Shown here one piece after another: positions 57,816 to 64,000 of a stretch of 64,000 nucleotides of DNA (positions are counted from its first letter, which is position 1; each line of letters begins with the position of its first letter). Both the position numbers and the translations under genes were made by a program. Under the pieces are notes generated by a model. It was not told the DNA's origin and made no database searches. It saw nothing but the letters and a program-made list of their open reading frames with translations. Origin of the DNA: Patescibacteria group bacterium. Lineage in GTDB: Bacteria > Patescibacteriota > Microgenomatia > Daviesbacterales > UBA10151. The stretch lies in NCBI GenBank assembly GCA_038064895.1, contig JBBTSA010000010.1, positions 182,616-246,615 of the forward strand, given 5' to 3'.

Positions 57816-57849
57816 CTTTACATATTGATACCAAAGATCAAAAGGTTAT
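57812..57849 (+). repeat. Direct repeat copy 2 (intact tsaB start).
   Basis: See copy 1. The two copies are 688 bp apart. Confidence 0.8.
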
Positions 57850-58126
57850 AAAGGTTGCCTTAAAAGAAAATGGCAAGGCAGTTAAAAGTTTATCTGCCAA
57901 AAATAAATACGGTTCACAGGTTCTTCTGCCACTCATCATTAAATTGTTAAAAAGGAAGGGTGTCAACCTAAGACACCTCGAAGGTGTCTTAAAAGAGGTT
58001 GAAGTGGAAACTGGACCTGGGTCATTTACAGGAATAAGGGTTGGGGTTTCTGTGGCAAATGCTTTAGGGTATTCACTGGGCATCCTAGTTAACGGGAAGA
58101 AAATAGAAACAGATTTGGTATACTAA
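57812..58126 (+). CDS. tsaB: Mini TsaB-like protein (N-terminal half of the YeaZ/TsaB ASKHA fold only).
   Basis: 'LHIDTKDQKVIKVAL...GPGSFTGIRVGVSVANALGYSLGI' matches the TsaB N-terminal region. Only 104 aa, versus ~220 aa for a typical TsaB. Confidence 0.55.
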   Translation: MTLHIDTKDQKVIKVALKENGKAVKSLSAKNKYGSQVLLPLIIKLLKRKGVNLRHLEGVLKEVEVETGPGSFTGIRVGVSVANALGYSLGILVNGKKIETDLVY

Positions 58127-58130
58127 TATA

Positions 58131-59012
58131 GTGATTTGGCAAAAAATCCATCATTGGTTTATTCCACATAAAGAAACACACAAAAAAGCCCGCCTTATTT
58201 CTTGGGAGGCATTGCTTATCTATGTCTTATTTTTTATATTTTTACAGGTTGGTTTTTCAATAGTGGGCTATTCAAAACCGGGAATTTTAGGTATTACTTC
58301 CAATGTTGATCAAAAAAAACTAATTGAACTAACTAACAAGGAGAGATCCCAAAAAGGCCTGCCACCCGTTTTAGAAAATGAAGCCTTGAACAAGGCTGCC
58401 GCTCTTAAAGCCCAAAACATGTTTGAGGAAAATTACTGGGCACATTTTGCCCCTTCCGGCAAAACCCCCTGGGATTTTATCTTAGGTTCAGGGTATAAAT
58501 TCACCTATGCAGGAGAGAATCTGGCCAAAAATTTTTATGCATCGAATGATGTGGTCTCTGCCTGGATGGCATCCCCAACCCATCGGGATAATCTGTTAAA
58601 CTCAAGCTATCAAGATATAGGTATTGCTGTAGTTGATGGAGTTTTAAATGGAGAGAGAACTACTTTGGTGGTACAGGAGTTTGGCAGTACACAAATATTG
58701 GGAACCCAACCTCTGGTAAACTCCGGCAGTAAAAAATCTGTTGTGCCGGTTGAGGAATATAACAAAAAACCCCAGCTTCTGACAGCATTCCAATCTCCAC
58801 AGGTAGGAAAACCTTTACTGGATCCTTTTCAGGCTTCCAGAGGGACAGGTATTGGTATCATCTTTTTGATAACTATTTTACTAATGGTTGACCTGTTGGT
58901 TCTGAAAAGAAGAGGAGTATTTAGACTAAGTTCCAACCATACTGCCCATATGGCTATCATGTCGGTTGCTTTGACAATGCTTCTTACCAGTAAACCGGGG
59001 AGCATATTATGA
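58131..59012 (+). CDS. Membrane-anchored CAP/SCP (YkwD-like) domain protein.
   Basis: N-terminal TM, 'NKERSQKGLPPVLENEALNKAAALKAQNM...NYWAHF...GENLAKNF...WMASPTHRDNLL' CAP motifs, C-terminal TM. Confidence 0.65.
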   Translation: MIWQKIHHWFIPHKETHKKARLISWEALLIYVLFFIFLQVGFSIVGYSKPGILGITSNVDQKKLIELTNKERSQKGLPPVLENEALNKAAALKAQNMFEENYWAHFAPSGKTPWDFILGSGYKFTYAGENLAKNFYASNDVVSAWMASPTHRDNLLNSSYQDIGIAVVDGVLNGERTTLVVQEFGSTQILGTQPLVNSGSKKSVVPVEEYNKKPQLLTAFQSPQVGKPLLDPFQASRGTGIGIIFLITILLMVDLLVLKRRGVFRLSSNHTAHMAIMSVALTMLLTSKPGSIL

Positions 59013-59176
59013 TTATTCCAAATCAAATGCGAATCTTAATCTTGCTGGTTCTAATTTATCTTATTTGGGCTATGTTCTTTCATAAGCATGATAAAAGTTT
59101 GACTTTAAATATCATACTGGAGTATTTTTTAATAGCTGTCTTAGTGTTAATATTACTTTTAGGAGTTTGGTTTTAA
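59009..59176 (+). CDS. Possible 55-aa small membrane protein (below the ORF-track cutoff).
   Basis: ATGA overlap with the CAP gene stop. 'MIIPNQMRILILLVLIYLIWAMFF...LIAVLVLILLLGVWF' gives two TM helices. Ends 1 nt before the next gene. Confidence 0.3.
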   Translation: MIIPNQMRILILLVLIYLIWAMFFHKHDKSLTLNIILEYFLIAVLVLILLLGVWF

Positions 59177-59177
59177 G

Positions 59178-59906
59178 ATGAAAGGTGTTGTTTTGGCTGG
59201 AGGTTTGGGGACAAGGCTATATCCCCTGACCAAAGTTACAAATAAGCATTTGCTTCCGGTTTATGATAAGCCGATGGTTTTTTATCCAATCACTACATTG
59301 GTTAAAGCCGGCATCAAAGATATTGTGGTTGTAACAGGTGGGCCATACAGCGGCCATTTCATTTCTATATTAAAAAACGGCAAAGAGTTGGGGATAAAAC
59401 ATTTGGAATATGCCTATCAGGAAAATGAGGGAGGTATTGCAGATGCCTTATATTTGGCAAAAGATTTTGTTGGTCGGGATAGCTGTACAGTGATATTAGG
59501 AGACAATACTACAGATTATGATATAACAAATGATGTTAAAAGTTTTAAAAAAGGGGCAATGATTTTTATAAAACAGGTTCCCGACCCCGAACGTTTTGGT
59601 GTACCCATCTTTGATGAAAATAACACGGACTTAATAAAGGAGATCGTGGAAAAACCCAAAAATCCTCCATCTAATTTTGCGGTAACCGGTTTGTATATTT
59701 ATGACAGTGAGGTTTTCAGGGTTGCGAGTAAGCTTAAGCCCTCGCAAAGAGGAGAACTTGAGATTACGGATGTAAATAACTATTACGCCAAATCCGGCCA
59801 GCTAAAGTTTAAAAAGCTGAAAGGCTTCTGGCATGATACGGGTACCTTTGATCATCTGCTTGAGGCCAGTATTTTTTGGGCCAGAAAAGCCGGAGTGAAG
59901 GTATAA
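59178..59906 (+). CDS. rmlA: Sugar-1-phosphate nucleotidyltransferase, short RmlA-like form (probably glucose-1-phosphate thymidylyltransferase).
   Basis: 'MKGVVLAGGLGTRLYPLTKVTNKHLLPVYDKPMVFYPI' G-G-x-G-T-R-L motif. 242 aa. Confidence 0.65.
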   Translation: MKGVVLAGGLGTRLYPLTKVTNKHLLPVYDKPMVFYPITTLVKAGIKDIVVVTGGPYSGHFISILKNGKELGIKHLEYAYQENEGGIADALYLAKDFVGRDSCTVILGDNTTDYDITNDVKSFKKGAMIFIKQVPDPERFGVPIFDENNTDLIKEIVEKPKNPPSNFAVTGLYIYDSEVFRVASKLKPSQRGELEITDVNNYYAKSGQLKFKKLKGFWHDTGTFDHLLEASIFWARKAGVKV

Positions 59907-60833
59907 ATGAGACTATTGGTAACTGGAGGCGCCGGATTTATAGGCTCACATGTAGTAAAAATCCTGCTTGATAAAGATCATGCTGTAACTGTTTTTGATA
60001 ATCTCACCCGCGGGCACCAAGACCAAATAGATGACCGTGCAAGTTTTGTAAAGGGTGACCTTTCGGATCAGGAAGTTTTAGAAAAAACGCTTAAAAATCA
60101 TGACGCCGTCATTCATCTGGCATCCTTTATTGAGGTTGGCGAGTCTGTAAAAAAACCCGTAGAATTTGCGGAAAATAATATTTTAGGAACTGTGAAACTT
60201 TTAGAAGCAATGAGAAGGACAGGTGTAAAAAAAATTATTTTTTCATCAAGCGCTTGTGTCTACGGCACTCCAAGTAAAACCCCAATCACAGAAGAATCTC
60301 CAATGGGAATACAGACAAACCCATATGGGATAACTAAAATTTCCATGGAACAATTTTGCATGCTTTACAGTCGACTCTATGATTTTGATGTAACAATTTT
60401 GCGATACTTTAACCCTTACGGGCCGGGAGAACTGCATAATCCGGAGACTCACGCTATACCGAATTTCATAAAGGCAGCTTTACGAAAAAATCCGATGCCA
60501 CTGTTTTGGAAAGGGAAACAAATAAGAGACTTTATTTATATTGATGACCTGTCAGAAGCTCATACCTTACCTTTAAACCTTACAGGACTTCATATATATA
60601 ATGTAGGAACAGAAAGCGGGGTAAAGGTTTTAGATGTTGTCAAAAAAATATTTAAGTTATTAGGATATGAGGTTTCGCTGGATGATAAAGGAGAAAGAAA
60701 GGGAGATGTACCCAAGTTAGTTGCATCTTCTGAAAAAATCAAAAAGCAGTTAGGATGGAATGCAAAAGTTAATCTCGAAGAAGGACTAAAAAAAACTATT
60801 GAGTTTTACCGGAACCACCTTTCTTCCAACTAA
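59907..60833 (+). CDS. galE: NAD-dependent sugar epimerase of the SDR family (UDP-glucose 4-epimerase-like).
   Basis: 'MRLLVTGGAGFIGSHVV' Rossmann motif, 'SSSACVYG', 'NPYGITK' (YxxxK). Confidence 0.65.
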   Translation: MRLLVTGGAGFIGSHVVKILLDKDHAVTVFDNLTRGHQDQIDDRASFVKGDLSDQEVLEKTLKNHDAVIHLASFIEVGESVKKPVEFAENNILGTVKLLEAMRRTGVKKIIFSSSACVYGTPSKTPITEESPMGIQTNPYGITKISMEQFCMLYSRLYDFDVTILRYFNPYGPGELHNPETHAIPNFIKAALRKNPMPLFWKGKQIRDFIYIDDLSEAHTLPLNLTGLHIYNVGTESGVKVLDVVKKIFKLLGYEVSLDDKGERKGDVPKLVASSEKIKKQLGWNAKVNLEEGLKKTIEFYRNHLSSN

Positions 60834-61554
60834 GGGCCGATAAAAAAGGATAGAATAGATCTTCTTTTTCCGGGATAACAAAGGTGGAATAAGGTTTTTT
60901 TGACTGTGCTTCTTTTTCTGTAAATTGTATATAAGGAACATCAGTTATCACAGCAATCGGCTGCTGTTCATTCCCTTCACCCATTTCCAAAACTGCTGCG
61001 GATGCAAGAGAGTCCGGTATGTCTGTTAAGGAAATGTTAAGTCGCCTTCCAAAAATATCTTTTTTACCTCTATAATCTCTAAGTGGCACAAACCCAAAGT
61101 GCGCAATAGAAATTCCCACCAAACCTCTTCTCATGGGGATACAGTGGGAGTCAGTAATAATTACACCCAAATTACTGACTTTAAATTTTTTCCTTAAAAA
61201 TTCCCAAATTTTTTTAGCCGACTTTTGAGGATTTTTTGGCCAAAGAATAAGGTATCCTGCCCCGTTACTTTCATCAATACCTGATGAGGCAATAAGCAAA
61301 TCATTTTTAATTGTATGTATTATCCACTCATTTGGTGCGAGGGATCTTGGAAGATATTTGTCTGCTTCCTTAATAACCAGTTTATCTTTTCCACCTTTTT
61401 CTTGCAAAATACATCTTCCTTCAGCTATCGATACTACTTTGGATGCAACAGCAACAACTGAATTTTCTTCCAGGGACAAAACAGCCGATAAAAGATCCCA
61501 AAGATCATCTTCTGGGGGCTTAAATTTTCTTGTTTTTATTGCTTTAACAATCAT
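60796..61554 (-). CDS. CofE/FbiB-like (F420-0:gamma-glutamyl ligase family) protein, tentative.
   Basis: 'VVAVASKVVSIAEGR...LIASSGIDESNGAG...GVIITDSH' resembles the CofE fold motifs. 252 aa. Confidence 0.45.
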   Translation of the reverse strand: MIVKAIKTRKFKPPEDDLWDLLSAVLSLEENSVVAVASKVVSIAEGRCILQEKGGKDKLVIKEADKYLPRSLAPNEWIIHTIKNDLLIASSGIDESNGAGYLILWPKNPQKSAKKIWEFLRKKFKVSNLGVIITDSHCIPMRRGLVGISIAHFGFVPLRDYRGKKDIFGRRLNISLTDIPDSLASAAVLEMGEGNEQQPIAVITDVPYIQFTEKEAQSKKPYSTFVIPEKEDLFYPFLSALSWKKGGSGKTQ

Positions 61555-61762
61555 ATGTTTCGCAGTTTATCAATTTTTATTTTTTTTGTCTAACTTGCAG
61601 GCTAAATTTCCCAATATCAACTTCTTTAATTAAATAAGATAGCGTAAAGGATGGGCAAATAACCGTATTTTTGCCACCCAAAGGAGTTGATTTTTGTATT
61701 AAAGAAAAATATGAGTCCGATTTTTTTGTTCAACACCTTAATCCATATAATATAATAACTAT

Positions 61763-63238
61763 ATGGGCCGAAACCACTTTTTCTTAATTCTAATTATCAT
61801 TCTTCTATTTGGCATATTTTTTAGAACTTATAAATTAGTTGAGAGATTTGGATTTGCTCATGACGCAGATCTTTATTCATGGATCGTTAAAGATATTGTG
61901 ATTGACCACCACCCCAGATTGATCGGCCAGCTCACCAGCACCGAAGGAATTTTTATCGGGCCACTTTTTTATTATCTTTTAATCCCCTTCTTTTTGATAT
62001 TCAACATGGATCCTATAGGAAGCGCATACTTTTCTCCTGTTGTTGGAATACTAAATATCCTTAGCTACTATTTTGTGTTATCAAAGCTATTTAATAAAAA
62101 GGTGGGTATAATAGCCGCTTTCCTGCAGGCGGTCTCATTGGGAGCAGTCGGTTTTGACAGGTGGGTAGTGCCAACGATCACCACAAAACTTTGGGCTATT
62201 TGGTATTTGTATACGATACTAATGATTATAAGAGGAAATTTTAAAGTTTTGCCTCTTTTAGGATTACTGATTGGGCTGATATGGCAAGTACATCTTGCGC
62301 TTCTTCCCGCGCTTTTAGCCGTTCCTTTCGCTTTTGTTTTTTCTAAAAAGATACCGCGGCTAAAACAAATCGCTTTTTTTATCTTAAGTTTAGTAGTTTC
62401 ATCGCTACCCCTGCTGGTATTTGAAATAAAGCACAATTTTATCCAGACAATCAGTCTGGTGAAAAGCTTTCTTATTAATCATGAGGGGGCAACAGGATGG
62501 TATAAATTTTGGACCATTTTGGATAAAATTTCCAAAAATACCGATAGTTTATTTTTCTCTCCCGGCTCCCTTCCGAACAATCTAAAATTGTTTTTCAGTA
62601 TGGGACTGCTGTTGTTGTGTCTGGTGCTTATAAAAAAGAAAATTCTCAAAGCTTACGAAGCAAGTGCTTTACTTATTTGGATAGCAGGGGTAGTTTCATA
62701 CTTTAGTTTCTCTTCTGTGCAAGTATCTGAATATTATTTTGCAAACTTGGAAGTAATTTTTTTGACACTTGCCAGCCTTCTTATCTGCGTTTTCTTTAAT
62801 TCATCTGTTTTGAGAAGATACCTTACATTGTTACTTCTTTTCCTGCTGCTTTTTAGAAATGTTATTTTCTACTTAACTTCCGAGCCTTTTCATATCGGAT
62901 ATGCGGAAAAAAAAGCAATTACTCAATATATAGTATCTGATGCAAAGGAAAATACTTTTCCTTGTGTAGCAATAAACTATATAACTTTACCCGGTGAGAA
63001 TGTAGGTTTTCGCTATCTTTTTTTTATTAACAGCTTAAAATTGGCCCAACCTTCGGATAAAGTTCCGGTTTATAGTATTGTCTTTCCTTATGAGTGGTCT
63101 AAACAGGAAGTCAAGGCAGTATTTGGGCATATGGGAGTTATTCCGCCGGCCAAAATTCCTCCCCGGCAAAACTTAGAATACGATTGCAGTGGAGAAAATA
63201 CTAATTTAACCGATCCGTTGTTTGGATATGTTGAGTAA
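61763..63238 (+). CDS. ArnT/PMT-like GT-C membrane glycosyltransferase, same subfamily as 48909-50414.
   Basis: 'FAHDADLYSWIVKDIVIDHHPRLIGQLTSTEGIFIGPLFYYLL', multi-TM plus a C-terminal soluble domain. Confidence 0.55.
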   Translation: MGRNHFFLILIIILLFGIFFRTYKLVERFGFAHDADLYSWIVKDIVIDHHPRLIGQLTSTEGIFIGPLFYYLLIPFFLIFNMDPIGSAYFSPVVGILNILSYYFVLSKLFNKKVGIIAAFLQAVSLGAVGFDRWVVPTITTKLWAIWYLYTILMIIRGNFKVLPLLGLLIGLIWQVHLALLPALLAVPFAFVFSKKIPRLKQIAFFILSLVVSSLPLLVFEIKHNFIQTISLVKSFLINHEGATGWYKFWTILDKISKNTDSLFFSPGSLPNNLKLFFSMGLLLLCLVLIKKKILKAYEASALLIWIAGVVSYFSFSSVQVSEYYFANLEVIFLTLASLLICVFFNSSVLRRYLTLLLLFLLLFRNVIFYLTSEPFHIGYAEKKAITQYIVSDAKENTFPCVAINYITLPGENVGFRYLFFINSLKLAQPSDKVPVYSIVFPYEWSKQEVKAVFGHMGVIPPAKIPPRQNLEYDCSGENTNLTDPLFGYVE

Positions 63239-64000
63239 GGCTTTTGGGATAAGCGGTAAAAGATCGGATGCCAAACCTCCTGCGCTACCTATTTTTTCTT
63301 TAAGCGTTTCTCCCGCAACTCCATGCACATACACGCCACAACATGCCGCATCAAAAGTATTGAGTCCTTGGGTCAAAAATCCAGCAACGATTCCGGCTAA
63401 CACATCACCTGTTCCGGCAGTAGCAAGTAGCGGGTTTACAAATGGGCTGATTGCTACTTTTCCACGAGGGGAGGCAATAATAGTATTTGCTCCCTTTAAA
63501 ACAATAGTCTTCTGCCATTTTTTTGCAAACTGTCTGGTTATATTTTCTCTATCTTGTTGTATCTTTTCAATGGAAAATCCGGTCAGTCTGGACATTTCTC
63601 CGGGGTGAGGTGTTAATACTACATCCCTACCTATTTTATTCCACCAATTCTCTTCCTTAGATAGTAAATTAAGCCCGTCTCCGTCAATTACCATTTTATG
63701 TGGATACATCATAAAATTATGCACTAATTCCCTTGCTTTATCTTTCTGACCCAATCCAGGACCTATTAACAAAACCTTATATCCTAAAAGTTTCTTTTCA
63801 ATTTCATTTCTTAAAAGAAAAGTCACTTCAGGTAATTTTCTGGATACTATAATTTTTACATCATTTGTTGTTGCTAAACTTACCAGTCCCACTCCCACTC
63901 TGTAGGCAGCTGCACAAGATAGATATGCAGCACCTGGATAATTTTCTGACCCGGCAATTACCAGAACTTTTCCAAAAGTTCCTTTATTGGCATCTTTTAA
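63206..64000 (-). CDS. nnrD: ADP-dependent (S)-NAD(P)H-hydrate dehydratase (YjeF C-terminal domain). The 5' end runs off the window.
   Basis: Minus-strand translation is open to position 64000: '...KGTFGKVLVIAGSENYPGAAYLSCAAAYRVGVGLVSLATT...GPGLG...ATAGTGDVLAGIVAGFL'. Confidence 0.75.
   Translation of the reverse strand, partial: LKDANKGTFGKVLVIAGSENYPGAAYLSCAAAYRVGVGLVSLATTNDVKIIVSRKLPEVTFLLRNEIEKKLLGYKVLLIGPGLGQKDKARELVHNFMMYPHKMVIDGDGLNLLSKEENWWNKIGRDVVLTPHPGEMSRLTGFSIEKIQQDRENITRQFAKKWQKTIVLKGANTIIASPRGKVAISPFVNPLLATAGTGDVLAGIVAGFLTQGLNTFDAACCGVYVHGVAGETLKEKIGSAGGLASDLLPLIPKALLNISKQRIG

Larger units (their letters stand above)
57124..57849 (+). mobile_element. Candidate inserted cassette: two genes (DUF5678-like plus retropepsin-like protease) bounded by 38-bp imperfect direct repeats. 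No integrase or transposase present.
   Basis: The direct repeats flank exactly the two-gene unit. The right repeat is the functional start of tsaB. The cassette's last stop overlaps the tsaB ATG (ATGA). Confidence 0.3.

Noticed and set aside
1-64000. CRISPR arrays, rRNA, IS or transposase or integrase genes.
   Set aside because: No regularly spaced direct repeats, no rRNA-like conserved stretches and no DDE or tyrosine-recombinase motifs were found on reading. The only mobile-like signal is the repeat-bounded cassette at 57124-57849, which has no recombinase of its own.
1-64000. Alternative genetic code (UGA=Gly, code 25), as in some CPR lineages.
   Set aside because: TGA terminates many well-delimited genes at positions matching the expected protein lengths, for example 776-1582 and the rml genes. 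An RF2 with the SPF motif is present.

Overview
This is an AT-rich (roughly 32-35% GC by eye), very compact bacterial window. Genes are packed into long co-directional runs with frequent ATGA or 4-10 nt start/stop overlaps. Stop codons, including TGA, are used normally, and a full-length RF2 (prfB) is present, so standard code 11 applies. Taxonomy is inference only: the gene content (FtsEX plus an M23 peptidase, TsaE, a mini-TsaB, short sugar-nucleotide enzymes, and a huge expansion of GT-C membrane glycosyltransferases) resembles Patescibacteria/CPR, Microgenomates-like.

About 50 of the 64 kb form one giant cell-envelope glycosylation island. It holds at least 12 GT39/PMT/ArnT-like glycosyltransferase genes, 8 of them in one tandem array at 4915-16272 plus a fragment gene. 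It also holds four tandem paralogs of a second polytopic family (motif 'CRWVPD...GYPxFNYY') and three paralogs of a third family (motif 'HDG(I/V)WH...PPxNPxFAG'), one of which is fused to a ~490-aa secreted domain. Further members are a YfhO-like protein, three other GT-C-like membrane proteins, seven GT2 genes and two MOP/Wzx flippases. The seven GT2 genes are dolichyl/polyprenyl-phosphate sugar synthase-like; one is fused to a GT-C domain and one to GtrA. Precursor genes are gmd-rmlD-rmlC-rmlB, with rmlA-like and galE-like genes further along.

The 3' 14 kb is housekeeping: tsaE, an LTD surface protein, an M23 peptidase, ftsX, ftsE, prfB, a mini-tsaB, a CAP-domain protein, a CofE-like gene and a partial nnr.

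Anomalies seen directly in the sequence:
- A two-gene cassette (small DUF5678-like protein plus a retropepsin-like 'DSGAD' aspartic protease) is bracketed by a 38-bp imperfect direct repeat that duplicates the start codon and first 12 codons of tsaB.
- An msrB remnant is N-terminally truncated and interrupted by an ~82-nt palindrome-containing insertion.
- A 225-aa gene consists only of the C-terminal module of the GT39-like family.
- A pair of overlapping small ORFs is joinable by a 1-nt change in an A5T7 run.

No CRISPR array, rRNA, transposase or integrase was recognised. tRNAs were not confidently identified by eye.
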